Below, piece by piece: positions 35,902-44,306 of a stretch of DNA of 64,000 nucleotides. A program made the translations under genes and the position numbers. The DNA lies in the NCBI GenBank assembly GCA_017428035.1, contig JAFRRR010000132.1, forward strand, positions 1,535 through 65,534, given 5' to 3'. The number at the start of each line of letters is the position of its first letter. Positions within the stretch are counted from its first letter, which is position 1. The notes beneath the pieces were generated by a model. That model had not been told where the DNA came from. It saw only the letters and a program-made list of their open reading frames with translations, and ran no database searches. This stretch comes from Bacteroidales bacterium (GTDB lineage Bacteria > Bacteroidota > Bacteroidia > Bacteroidales > UBA932).

Positions 35902-36410
35902 TACTTGGCAATGCTCATAAGCTTGAAGACATTGTCCAGAGCGCTTGCAGAAGAGGTAACAGCCTCTGTCTTGGCGATCTGGGCAGCTTCTGCCTCTGTC
36001 ACGTCTCCGGCACGGGTCAGCAGCGAGGCAAGTGACGACAGGTCAACGTTGTTTGCCAGCTGGGCCAGAATATTGGTGATAGTGGAGCTGTTGCTGTTGC
36101 TGATCTGGTTGTTGGAACCCTTTACCAGACCTGCTGCAAAGTCAGAGAGGGCAGAGTTGTTGCCCAGTTTACCCTTGAGGCTCTGGATGCTGGAAGCCAG
36201 GCTGGCCAGATTAATCAGGTTGGTGAGGTTGGAAGTGTCCAGCTTGCCGTCCTTGAGATACTGAGCCAGCAGTGCGGTGAGCAGATTACCGGTAGTGCTG
36301 CCGCTGGTAGAGGTATTGGCATTGGCTGCGGAATTGCCAAGCATACCACAGGAGGTGATGGTCATAACTGCCAGGGTGAGGGCAGCGAAAGCAGATAAGA
36401 TCTTTTTCAT
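35901..36410 (-). CDS. Small low-complexity lipoprotein (Leu/Ser/Asn/Ala-rich, helical)
   Basis: True start MKKILSAFAALTLAVMTITSC at 36410; I reject the track extension MHHHH... Its stop overlaps the start of paralog B by 1 nt (TAATG). Confidence 0.65.
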   Translation of the reverse strand: MKKILSAFAALTLAVMTITSCGMLGNSAANANTSTSGSTTGNLLTALLAQYLKDGKLDTSNLTNLINLASLASSIQSLKGKLGNNSALSDFAAGLVKGSNNQISNSNSSTITNILAQLANNVDLSSLASLLTRAGDVTEAEAAQIAKTEAVTSSASALDNVFKLMSIAK

Positions 36411-36439
36411 TGGATAGAATGTTAATAGTTTCGTGATAA

Positions 36440-37369
36440 TTATTTCAAATACTCTATGGTTCTGGTCACAATGGCTTCCACCTCGCCGTTGGTGGTGGTG
36501 ATGCACTTGGTCCAGTCGCCGTTTTCGTTGTATGTATACACTTTGTCCTGCGTATAAGTGTTGCCGTCGTCGGGCTCTTTCCAGTATTTGTATGCAACCC
36601 AGTTGCCGTGGTCGTCATACTCCCAGGTGTAGAAGCCGGTGCCGGTGGCGTCGGTGTTCACAAGTCTTTTAACCTTGCCTTCGGGGGTATATTCGTATCT
36701 CTTTCCGAAAGCGCGCTTAACCTCTGTCTTATCATATTCAATGCCAGAGTGTTCAGTGAGGGCGCCGGTGTTCTGGTCATAGACCTTGGTGCCCAGCTCC
36801 ACCACGGAATCGGTGCGGGTCGATTTGTAGTCAACCTGAAGCTGGTTGTTATCCAGCGGGGTAGAGGTGCTCTCTACAGATTTGGTGTCGGTCACGGTGG
36901 TCTCCTTGAAGGTGGAGGTGCGGTCCACCTCTTTCTTCTCGAAGAATTTGTCGGGAAGGATAATGGTTTCGGAGATTCCTATAACGGCGCCGTTTTTGTC
37001 GCGGGTGAACTTGGCCACCTTGGGCTTCATAGGCGGCTGATACTTAACCACTTTCTCCAGCTGTCCGAAAGTGTGGTTGGAGTAGTAGTAGCGGGCGTAG
37101 ATAAAAGTCTCGCCGCCAGGATGATACCAGGTCTCCAGCAGCGGGTTGCCGTAGCTGTCCAGATACTCGTCTTTGTTGGGGTACAAATCGTTTCCGTCAA
37201 AAGGCTCGCCGCATTCGAGCGGGTTGGCTTCAGACGGGTGGAAACTGGTGGTATGGATAATCTTTGCAGTCTCTTTGGGCTGCTTGAACTGCCCGGTATT
37301 CACGCCGTTGCAGCCTGCGGTGAGCAGGACTGCAAGCGCTAGGGACAGTATGGTGTTAAACAGTTTCAT
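36440..37369 (-). CDS. Lipoprotein of unknown function with YD-repeat-like segments
   Basis: Start MKLFNTILSLALAVLLTAGC at 37369. Contains YEYTPEGKVKRLV, FYTWEYDDHGNWVAY and VYTYNENGDWTK. Confidence 0.6.
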   Translation of the reverse strand: MKLFNTILSLALAVLLTAGCNGVNTGQFKQPKETAKIIHTTSFHPSEANPLECGEPFDGNDLYPNKDEYLDSYGNPLLETWYHPGGETFIYARYYYSNHTFGQLEKVVKYQPPMKPKVAKFTRDKNGAVIGISETIILPDKFFEKKEVDRTSTFKETTVTDTKSVESTSTPLDNNQLQVDYKSTRTDSVVELGTKVYDQNTGALTEHSGIEYDKTEVKRAFGKRYEYTPEGKVKRLVNTDATGTGFYTWEYDDHGNWVAYKYWKEPDDGNTYTQDKVYTYNENGDWTKCITTTNGEVEAIVTRTIEYLK

Positions 37370-38759
37370 GACTTGCTTCTTCTTGTTTAACAATAGCTTT
37401 CTTCACCTCGGGCAATTCCAGGCCATAGCCTTTCTTGCGGTCTTCCAATTTCAGCATAAAGGTAAAAAAAAATGCCAAAACTCCGAACGAACTGAATATC
37501 AGCATAGGTGCCAGATATCCGCCGGTCTTGTCCAGCACAACGCCTATGAGCAGGGGCACCAGGCAGAGGCCGATGTTCTGAACCCAGAAAATGAGGCAGT
37601 AGGCGCTTCCAAGCACCTTCTCGTCTATGATTTTGGGCACCGAAGGCCAGAGGGCGGCGGGCACCAGCGAGAAGCTTACGCCAAGAATCAGAATCAGCGT
37701 GATTGCCAGCCACTTGCTGGGGAATGCCGGCAGCAGCAGGGCAAAGCTCAGGTGGCAGGCCACCATAATCAGCGAACCTATCAGCAGCATACTTGCCGCC
37801 TTGCCCTTGAAAGAGATGAAACCGCCCAGGAACGGGGTCAGAACCATCGCCAGGATAGGGAAGAAGCTGAACAGGTGGGCGGCGGTGCCGGCGTCGATGC
37901 CCAGGGTGCTTTCCAAGTAGTTGGGAGCGTAACGCTGGAAGGGGAAGATGGCGCTGTAGTAGAGCACGCACATCAGCGCCACGATCCAGAACATCTTGCT
38001 GGAGAATATCTGTTTGAGGTCGCTTACGTGGAATTCGTCTTCGGGACTCTTTTCGGATGCCATCAGGCCGGCGGCAACCAGCTGGCTGTCCAGCTTGCGG
38101 TCCATCACGGTAAATACAATGAAGAATATGAGGCCTATGAACAGCAGGGCTGCGCAGAAAGCGAGCGGGGCCACAACTGTGCCGAACTTGTTGTAGATGA
38201 GCGGAGAAATCCACATCACCGCAAACACGCCCAGGCGGGCGATGGCCATCTCGATGCCCATTGCAAGCGACATCTCCTTGCCCTTGAACCATTTGGCGAT
38301 GGCCTTGGAAACAGTGGTGCCGGCCATCTCGCAGCCGCATCCGAATATCATAAATCCAAGCGAAGCCATCTTGGCGCTGCCGGGGAGTGCGGTCCACCAG
38401 CTGTTCAGCCAGTTGCAGAAAGCGGTGGTCTGGAACCAGTCGCTGATGCCGATATATTTGATGCAGGCACCCACAACCATCAGCGATGCCGACAGCACGC
38501 CGGTGTGGCGCACACCCATCTTGTCCAGGATGATGCCGGCAAGAATCAGGAAGCCGCATACATTCAGTATGAATTCACTGGCGGCGTAAGTGCCGAACAC
38601 AGAGCTGCTCCAGCCTCTTTCGGCCTCGATCATACTCTTTAGCGGGGACATCACGTCCACGAACATATAGGCAAAAAACATCATAGAGGCAATCAATACC
38701 AATGCCCCCCAACGCGCCCACGCGTTGTCATTCAACAGTTTGTAGATTTTCTCTGACAT
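37356..38759 (-). CDS. MFS transporter
   Basis: 467 aa with about 12 hydrophobic helices in a 6+6 layout and a central loop. Substrate not inferable. Confidence 0.85.
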   Translation of the reverse strand: MSEKIYKLLNDNAWARWGALVLIASMMFFAYMFVDVMSPLKSMIEAERGWSSSVFGTYAASEFILNVCGFLILAGIILDKMGVRHTGVLSASLMVVGACIKYIGISDWFQTTAFCNWLNSWWTALPGSAKMASLGFMIFGCGCEMAGTTVSKAIAKWFKGKEMSLAMGIEMAIARLGVFAVMWISPLIYNKFGTVVAPLAFCAALLFIGLIFFIVFTVMDRKLDSQLVAAGLMASEKSPEDEFHVSDLKQIFSSKMFWIVALMCVLYYSAIFPFQRYAPNYLESTLGIDAGTAAHLFSFFPILAMVLTPFLGGFISFKGKAASMLLIGSLIMVACHLSFALLLPAFPSKWLAITLILILGVSFSLVPAALWPSVPKIIDEKVLGSAYCLIFWVQNIGLCLVPLLIGVVLDKTGGYLAPMLIFSSFGVLAFFFTFMLKLEDRKKGYGLELPEVKKAIVKQEEASHETV

Positions 38760-38774
38760 ATCGTTTTAGTTTGA

Positions 38775-39467
38775 TTATTTCAGTGTTTTGGCTATTTCCA
38801 TAAAGCGCTCCATCCCCTTGGTGGCCACGTCTTCAATCTGGGTGAAGCCTTTCATATTCAGGTGGATGGGCTTGGGGTCAATCAGATAGATGGGGATGCC
38901 GGCAGGGGCATATTGCACCAGCCCGGCGGCGGGGTAGACCTGCAGCGAGGTGCCCACAATAAGCATAATGTCGGCCTGGGAGGCAATTCTGGCGGCGGCG
39001 TCAAACTTGGGCACCGCCTCGCCGAACCACACGATGTTGGGCCTCAGCTGCACGCCGCGGCTGTCGGTGTCGCCCAGGTTGACGGGCTTGTAACCCACGT
39101 CTATGGTCTTGCAGTCCTGCTCGCAGTCCTCCGGACGTACTTTTGTGGATTCGCCGTGAAGATGGATGATTTTGGTGCTGCCGCCCTGCTCGTGCAGGTT
39201 GTCTATATTCTGGGTGACCACCGTCACGTCAAAATCCTTTTCCAGGGCAGCAATCAGTTTGTGGGCCTCGTTGGGCTTCTTGTCGGCCAGTTCGGCGCGG
39301 CGCTGGTTGTAGAATTCCAGCACCAGTGCGCGGTTGCGCCACCAGCCCTCTATGGTGGCCACGTCGGCCACGTTATAATTCTCCCAGAGGCCGTTGCTGT
39401 CCCTGAAAGTGCTTATTCCGCTCTCGGCGCTCACACCGGCGCCGGTCAGTACCACCAGTTTTTTCAT
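38775..39467 (-). CDS. cobB: Sir2-family NAD-dependent protein deacylase (CobB-like sirtuin)
   Basis: 230 aa. GAGVSAESGISTFRDSNGLW, TQNIDNLH, catalytic HLHG, NIVWFGE, GTSLQVYPAAGL. Only two Cys (DCEQDC) where a 4-Cys zinc ribbon is usual. Confidence 0.85.
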   Translation of the reverse strand: MKKLVVLTGAGVSAESGISTFRDSNGLWENYNVADVATIEGWWRNRALVLEFYNQRRAELADKKPNEAHKLIAALEKDFDVTVVTQNIDNLHEQGGSTKIIHLHGESTKVRPEDCEQDCKTIDVGYKPVNLGDTDSRGVQLRPNIVWFGEAVPKFDAAARIASQADIMLIVGTSLQVYPAAGLVQYAPAGIPIYLIDPKPIHLNMKGFTQIEDVATKGMERFMEIAKTLK

Positions 39468-40519
39468 TTGAAATATCTTTCTTTAAGCCAATGCTCAAAC
39501 ATCGGGTCAATAATGGAAGCCCGGTCGTCGGCATCGAATGTCACAATTTCTTTTTTGGACAGCGCCTCTTTCAGGCGGAAAACATTGGCGCTGCTGTTCA
39601 GCCGGTATTTCTTCAGAACCTCGGCCGAGCTGAATTTCTGGGCCCCGTCGCACACCGCTTTCAAAAAGTTGACCTGATTGGCGGTCAGGTTGCCGACGGT
39701 GTATCTGTAGGCCGATTCATTGTCGTTGTAGTAACTCTCCACGGCACCGCGAAGAATCCTTTTGTTGATGTATCCCAGCGCCTGGGAGTCGCACATCGCC
39801 GCCAGTCGGTTGATGACCTTGGGATAGCCGCCCGCTGTCTTGTAAATGGCGTCGGCGGTCTCCATCTCCAGATCCTTGCCCGATAGCAGGAAACCGTTGC
39901 GCAGGTAGGTTATGCAGTCGCCCTTGGGCAGCGGCCCCAGTGGGATGTTGCAGTTTATCTTGTAGAAAAATTTCTTCTTTTCGAAGATATCCTTCATTTT
40001 GTTTAGCTGCTCTCCCGTAACGATGTAGGCCACGTCCTTGTGGCTGGCCATCTCCTTTTCCATCAGCTTCAGTATCTTCTCGCCTTCTTCCATCTGCAGT
40101 ATGTTCTGGAATTCTTTGAACCAGACCACGAAGTTGATGTCGGTGACGCTTGAGAGCAGATTGGGCAGATTGACGGCTATCGAGAGACTGACGTTGTCCA
40201 GATCGATTCTGATGGGCAGCAGGGCGTCTTTGTTATAGTCGTCGATATATTTTTTGAAAAGTTTGACATAGAGGCCGGCCAGAGCCTGGGCGCTGGTCAC
40301 ATTAAACAGGTCCAGCGTGACTACAGTGGTGGGATAGCCCTCGTCCTTAAGCTGCCCCAGAGCCTTGTTTACCAGTATGCTCTTGCCGAAACCGGGCGCA
40401 GAATAGAGCGTGGTGAATGATTTCTCTTTTATCTGTTCCGCCAGGCGGGAGGTCTCTTCCGGACGGAATATCAATTTGTCCCGGTGTGCGGGGTGCTGAC
40501 TGTCGAAGTAAGATACCAT
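39464..40519 (-). CDS. P-loop ATPase of the 'archaeal ATPase'/ATPase_2-like type with a C-terminal winged-helix-like region
   Basis: Start MVSYFDSQ at 40519, chosen because a -7 box lies 25 nt upstream. Walker A SAPGFGKS; Walker-B-like VVWFKEFQ. Stop overlaps the sirtuin ATG by 4 nt. Confidence 0.7.
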   Translation of the reverse strand: MVSYFDSQHPAHRDKLIFRPEETSRLAEQIKEKSFTTLYSAPGFGKSILVNKALGQLKDEGYPTTVVTLDLFNVTSAQALAGLYVKLFKKYIDDYNKDALLPIRIDLDNVSLSIAVNLPNLLSSVTDINFVVWFKEFQNILQMEEGEKILKLMEKEMASHKDVAYIVTGEQLNKMKDIFEKKKFFYKINCNIPLGPLPKGDCITYLRNGFLLSGKDLEMETADAIYKTAGGYPKVINRLAAMCDSQALGYINKRILRGAVESYYNDNESAYRYTVGNLTANQVNFLKAVCDGAQKFSSAEVLKKYRLNSSANVFRLKEALSKKEIVTFDADDRASIIDPMFEHWLKERYFK

Positions 40520-40544
40520 ACCATTCCAAATAACAGGAGTGTTA

Positions 40545-40552
40545 CAAATGTA
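40545..40552 (-). promoter_or_regulatory. -7 box TACATTTG (minus strand) for the ATPase-led array
   Basis: Plus-strand caaatgta; 25 nt upstream of ATG 40519. Confidence 0.45.
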
Positions 40553-40585
40553 AATACAATTATTTTGCAATTCAAATAATATTAG

Positions 40586-40593
40586 TATCTTTG
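40586..40593 (+). promoter_or_regulatory. -7 box TATCTTTG for rplU-rpmA
   Basis: Exact TAnnTTTG match, 99 nt upstream of the rplU ATG. Confidence 0.45.
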
Positions 40594-40692
40594 CACTCCC
40601 CAAAAGGGTTATAGACAGTCGATAAGCCATTGACAAAGAGGTATTTAAATTGAAATATCCGCTTACGGCTAATAATTTTTAAAAATTATTTT

Positions 40693-41001
40693 ATGTACGC
40701 AATCGTTGATATTGCAGGACAGCAGTTCAAGGTTGAGAAGGGCAGCAAGATTTTCGTGAACCGTCTGGCAGCAGACGTGGATTCTTCCGTAAATTTTGAC
40801 AAAGTGCTTCTCGTTGACAATGAAGGTTCTGTCCAGGTCGGCTCACCTTATGTAGCCGGTGCTACTGTCAAAGCTACCGTTATGGAGCATTGCAAAGCTG
40901 ACAAGGTTATCGTTTTCCACAAGATCCGCCGCAAAGGTATGACTAAGAAAAACGGTCACCGTCAGTATCTTACCAAAATCCAAATTGACGAAATCGCTTA
41001 A
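40693..41001 (+). CDS. rplU: 50S ribosomal protein L21
   Basis: [25 protein letters not shown]... is a classic L21 N-terminus; 102 aa. Confidence 0.97.
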   Translation: MYAIVDIAGQQFKVEKGSKIFVNRLAADVDSSVNFDKVLLVDNEGSVQVGSPYVAGATVKATVMEHCKADKVIVFHKIRRKGMTKKNGHRQYLTKIQIDEIA

Positions 41002-41012
41002 AACTAAAGATT

Positions 41013-41282
41013 ATGGCTCACAAAAAAGGTGTCGGTAGTTCCAAGAACGGCCGTGAATCGGAAAGCAAACGCTTGGGCGTTAAATTGTTTGGCGGTCAGG
41101 TTGCCAAGGCTGGCAACATCCTGGTGCGTCAGAGAGGCACTGTACACAATCCCGGCGAAAACGTCGGAATGGGCAGAGACCATACTCTTTATGCGTTGGT
41201 CGATGGTACAGTGGCATTCAAGAAGACCCGTGAAAACAAGTCTTATGTCTCTATAGTTCCCGCCAAGGGCGCTGAGGCGTAA
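41013..41282 (+). CDS. rpmA: 50S ribosomal protein L27
   Basis: [24 protein letters not shown]...[10 protein letters not shown], 89 aa. Confidence 0.97.
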   Translation: MAHKKGVGSSKNGRESESKRLGVKLFGGQVAKAGNILVRQRGTVHNPGENVGMGRDHTLYALVDGTVAFKKTRENKSYVSIVPAKGAEA

Positions 41283-41307
41283 AGACAGGGTCTAACCCTT
41301 ACAGTAG

Positions 41308-41339
41308 ATGGATGGCAATTATTGCCGTCCATTTTTTTT
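41308..41339 (+). terminator. Rho-independent terminator after rpmA
   Basis: Stem atggatggcaat/attgccgtccat (one G-U pair), then TTTTTTTT. Confidence 0.7.
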
Positions 41340-41349
41340 GTAAAATGTG

Positions 41350-41357
41350 TATATTTG
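41350..41357 (+). promoter_or_regulatory. -7 box TATATTTG for serS
   Basis: 35 nt upstream of ATG 41393. Confidence 0.45.
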
Positions 41358-41392
41358 CAAGATGTAAAAAAGAATAATCAAACCATAAGATA

Positions 41393-42664
41393 ATGCTTAC
41401 ACTCAAACTTCTCAGGGAAAACCCCGATTTTGTTGTAGAACGGCTGGCTGTCAAGAATTTTGACGCCAAAGAGATTGTTGCCAAGATTCTGGAGTGCGAC
41501 CAGCAGCGCCGCGCCGCCCAGAGCGAGATGGATGCCCTGCTGCAGCAGCAGAAGGCCAAGGCGGCTGAAATCGGTGCCCTGATGAAAGCCGGCAACCGCG
41601 AGGCGGCCGAGGCGGCAAAGGCCTCCGTGGCAGCCCTCAAAGAGCAGTCCAAGGCTCTGGAAGAGAAAATGGCCCAGGCAGAGAAACAGCAGAACGACTT
41701 GCTGGTGCTGCTGCCCAACCTCCCTTGTGCCCAGGTGCCCGAAGGCAAGAATGCCGACGACAATGTCATCGTGAAGATGGAAGGCCAGATTCCCAAGCTG
41801 GGCGAGGATGCCCTGCCGCACTGGGAGCTTGCCGCCAAATATGACATCATAGACTTCGATCTGGGCGTGAAACTCACCGGCGCCGGATTCCCCGTCTATA
41901 AGGGCAAAGGTGCCAAACTTCAGCGTGCGCTCATCAACTACTTCCTGGAATTCAACACCGCCGCCGGTTATCTGGAGGTGGAGCCGCCGGTAATGGTCAA
42001 TGAAGCCTCAGGCTTCGGCACCGGCCAGCTTCCCGACAAGGAAGGCCAGATGTACCACGCCACCGTGGACAACTTCTACCTGGTGCCCACCGCTGAGGTG
42101 CCCGTGACCAACATCTACCGCGATGTGATTCTTGGTCAGAAAGACTTCCCCGTGAAGATGACCGCCTACACTCCCTGCTTCCGCCGCGAGGCCGGCTCCT
42201 ATGGCAAGGATGTCCGCGGCCTGAACCGTCTGCATCAGTTCGACAAGGTAGAAATCGTGCAGCTGAGCCTGCCCGAGAAGTCCTATGAGGCCCTGGACGG
42301 TATGGTGGCTCACGTAGAGAAACTGGTGGCCAGCCTTGGCCTTCCGTTCCGCATCGTGCGCCTGTGCGGCGGCGATATGAGTTTTACAAGTGCCATCACC
42401 TATGACTTCGAGGTGTTCAGCGCCGCTCAGAAGCGCTGGCTGGAGGTCAGTTCGGTGAGCAACTTCGAGTCCTATCAGGCAAACCGCCTGAAACTCCGTT
42501 ATAAAGACGAGAACGGCAAGATTCAGCTGGCTCACACCCTGAACGGCAGCTCGCTGGCTCTTCCCAGAATAGTGGCCGCGCTGCTCGAAAACAATCAGAC
42601 CGCAGAGGGCATCAAGGTGCCCGAGGTTCTGCGCAAGTGGACAGGATTCGACATCATAGACTAA
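41393..42664 (+). CDS. serS: Seryl-tRNA synthetase
   Basis: 423 aa. N-terminal coiled-coil arm (MLTLKLLRENPDFV...) and class II core (FRREAGSYGKDVRGLNRLHQFDKVE, TLNGSSLALPR). Confidence 0.97.
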   Translation: MLTLKLLRENPDFVVERLAVKNFDAKEIVAKILECDQQRRAAQSEMDALLQQQKAKAAEIGALMKAGNREAAEAAKASVAALKEQSKALEEKMAQAEKQQNDLLVLLPNLPCAQVPEGKNADDNVIVKMEGQIPKLGEDALPHWELAAKYDIIDFDLGVKLTGAGFPVYKGKGAKLQRALINYFLEFNTAAGYLEVEPPVMVNEASGFGTGQLPDKEGQMYHATVDNFYLVPTAEVPVTNIYRDVILGQKDFPVKMTAYTPCFRREAGSYGKDVRGLNRLHQFDKVEIVQLSLPEKSYEALDGMVAHVEKLVASLGLPFRIVRLCGGDMSFTSAITYDFEVFSAAQKRWLEVSSVSNFESYQANRLKLRYKDENGKIQLAHTLNGSSLALPRIVAALLENNQTAEGIKVPEVLRKWTGFDIID

Positions 42665-43231
42665 ATGCATAAGCCAGGTCAGAGAGTCATAATGGGAATA
42701 GACCCCGGTACCCAGATTATGGGCTACGGGGTCATTCTTGTTGATGGCAAGAAGGTTCATTTCGTGGACCTGGGCATCATTGACCTGCGCAAAGAGAAAG
42801 ACCATTTCGAGAAGCTCCGCCGCATCTTTATAGAGGTGGGGTTGCTCTACGACCAGTATAAGCCCGACGACCTGGCCATCGAGGCGCCGTTCTACGGCAA
42901 GAATCCGCAGGTGATGCTCAAGCTGGGCCGGGCGCAGGGCGCCGCCATAGCCGCCGCTCTGCAGAGGGATATCCCCATCTTCGAATATGCGCCCAGAAAG
43001 GTCAAAATGGCCATCACCGGCAAGGGCGCGGCCAGCAAAGAGCAGGTCAAGGAGATACTGGAGCGCACTATGGACGTCAAGCTGGACATTAAATATCTGG
43101 ATGCCAGCGACGCCATCGCCATCGCAATGTGCCACTTCTACCAGCTCACCAATCCGATGAGCGACACCAAGGCCTCAACCAACTGGAAAAATTTCGTGGC
43201 TGCCCACGCCGACCGGGTGGTCAAGCGCTGA
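42665..43231 (+). CDS. ruvC: Crossover junction endodeoxyribonuclease RuvC
   Basis: IMGIDPGTQIMGYGVI...EAPFYGKNPQVMLKLGRAQG...DASDAIAIAMCH. An alternative start lies at 42692. Confidence 0.92.
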   Translation: MHKPGQRVIMGIDPGTQIMGYGVILVDGKKVHFVDLGIIDLRKEKDHFEKLRRIFIEVGLLYDQYKPDDLAIEAPFYGKNPQVMLKLGRAQGAAIAAALQRDIPIFEYAPRKVKMAITGKGAASKEQVKEILERTMDVKLDIKYLDASDAIAIAMCHFYQLTNPMSDTKASTNWKNFVAAHADRVVKR

Positions 43232-43961
43232 CGTTCTGTCTGTTAAGGTAGCTCTGCCGTTCCGCTTCAGGGAACTTCTCTATCGCGTAGCGCATCATAG
43301 TGCGGGGCATCTTCAGGTAGCGGGGTGTGCCGTCAATTTCTTCTTTCAGATATGCCGTGAGGGCAGCCTTGTCCTTCTTTCCCGCCTCGCGCAGCAGCCA
43401 TCCGACCGCCTTGTGGATAAGGTCGTGCGGATGGTGCAGCAGTATATCGGCAATTGCAAAGGTATCGGCAATCTGGCCGTGGCGGATAAAGGTCATAGTG
43501 CTCACAATGCCGATGCGCTGCTCCCAGATTGTACGGCCGCTGCGAGCCAGATCGTAGAGCAACGAGCGGTCCTTGTCCAGCAGCCACTCGCCCAGCAGCG
43601 GATAGCACGACAGGTCCACCAAATCCCAGTTATTGATGCGGTCAGTATGGGAGAGATAGAAGCGGACACACTCTTCCTGAGAGATGCCCGGTCGCCTCTT
43701 TGCGTGGCGGAAAATATCCACAAGGGCCAGAAGCGCCGCCAGCCGCACCTCGTGATATTCGCTGGCGATGCATTCTTCCAGATCTTCAAGGCCCAAGTCC
43801 TTCCAGCAATCCTTTACCACCTCACGGGTAACGGGAACCTTTATTCCCAGAAACCTGTCGCCTTCGCCATACTGGCCCGGCCCCGTCTTGAAAAAGCGGG
43901 AAAGGCCGGCCACCTGGGAAGGGTCGGCTTTGGCGAGCATCTTTTCCAGAAGGACATTCAT
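43221..43961 (-). CDS. DNA alkylation repair protein (AlkD-like HEAT-repeat glycosylase family)
   Basis: 246 aa. LSRFFKTGPGQYGEGDRFLGIKVP and NNWDLVDLS are typical of the family. Confidence 0.8.
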   Translation of the reverse strand: MNVLLEKMLAKADPSQVAGLSRFFKTGPGQYGEGDRFLGIKVPVTREVVKDCWKDLGLEDLEECIASEYHEVRLAALLALVDIFRHAKRRPGISQEECVRFYLSHTDRINNWDLVDLSCYPLLGEWLLDKDRSLLYDLARSGRTIWEQRIGIVSTMTFIRHGQIADTFAIADILLHHPHDLIHKAVGWLLREAGKKDKAALTAYLKEEIDGTPRYLKMPRTMMRYAIEKFPEAERQSYLNRQNVSA

Positions 43962-43967
43962 ATTCGG

Positions 43968-44273
43968 CTAAAGCATCTTCAGCGCCCGGGCAAGCTGGTC
44001 GGGGCAGCTAGTGCCGCGGCCCTTGCAATCGATGCCTTCAAGGCGGGCTATCACATCCTCCTTTTTCATCCCTTCGCACAGGATGGAGACGCCCTGCGTG
44101 TTGCCGTGGCAGCCGCCTGTATACTGTACCTTGCGGATGATGTCGCCGTCAAGTTCAATGTCTATCTGCTGCGAGCATACAATGCCGCAGGTCAGGAAGG
44201 AGGCCTTGCGGATGCCGCCGTCGGCCGTGTCGTATATTTTGGTTACTTCAAACATATCATTCATGATTTCCAT
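43968..44273 (-). CDS. TSCPD-domain small protein (TIGR03905-like, 4-Cys)
   Basis: 101 aa. ...GGCHGNTQG...CKGRGTSCPDQLA. Confidence 0.75.
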   Translation of the reverse strand: MEIMNDMFEVTKIYDTADGGIRKASFLTCGIVCSQQIDIELDGDIIRKVQYTGGCHGNTQGVSILCEGMKKEDVIARLEGIDCKGRGTSCPDQLARALKML

Positions 44274-44293
44274 ATTTCAGTTATTATTCTTGA

Positions 44294-44301
44294 CAAATTT
44301 A
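44294..44301 (-). promoter_or_regulatory. -7 box TAAATTTG (minus strand) for the TSCPD/alkD-like genes
   Basis: Plus-strand caaattta; 20 nt upstream of ATG 44273. Confidence 0.4.
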
Positions 44302-44306
44302 ATCAT

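Noticed and set aside
36411-36506. MHHHHQRRGG... N-terminal extension of the small lipoprotein ORF (His-tag-like run)
   Set aside because: The lipoprotein signal peptide begins at the internal MKKIL (ATG 36410). The extension is non-signal sequence that overlaps the stop region of the upstream gene.
37173-38642. 489-aa plus-strand ORF and 390-aa alternate-frame minus ORF (37387..38559) inside the MFS gene
   Set aside because: The frame encoding 12 hydrophobic helices (37356..38759) is clearly the real one. The alternatives are Arg/Gln/His/Gly-rich shadow frames.
38775-39467. Sirtuin as a Thoeris/DSR-type anti-phage SIR2 NADase effector
   Set aside because: It is small (230 aa) and strongly matches canonical CobB/Sir2 deacylase motifs. 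It has no fused sensor, TM or SLOG domain, and no neighbouring mobile or defense genes. The idea is kept only as a low-probability alternative in the ATPase-sirtuin finding.
42008-43135. 375-aa minus-strand ORF
   Set aside because: Antisense across the serS/ruvC junction; both plus-strand genes are unambiguous.
44290-44295. TTGACA, a perfect E. coli sigma-70 -35 hexamer
   Set aside because: The host is Bacteroidales-like, and its primary sigma factor uses -33 TTTG / -7 TAnnTTTG. The hexamer overlaps a minus-strand TAAATTTG box, which explains the sequence better.
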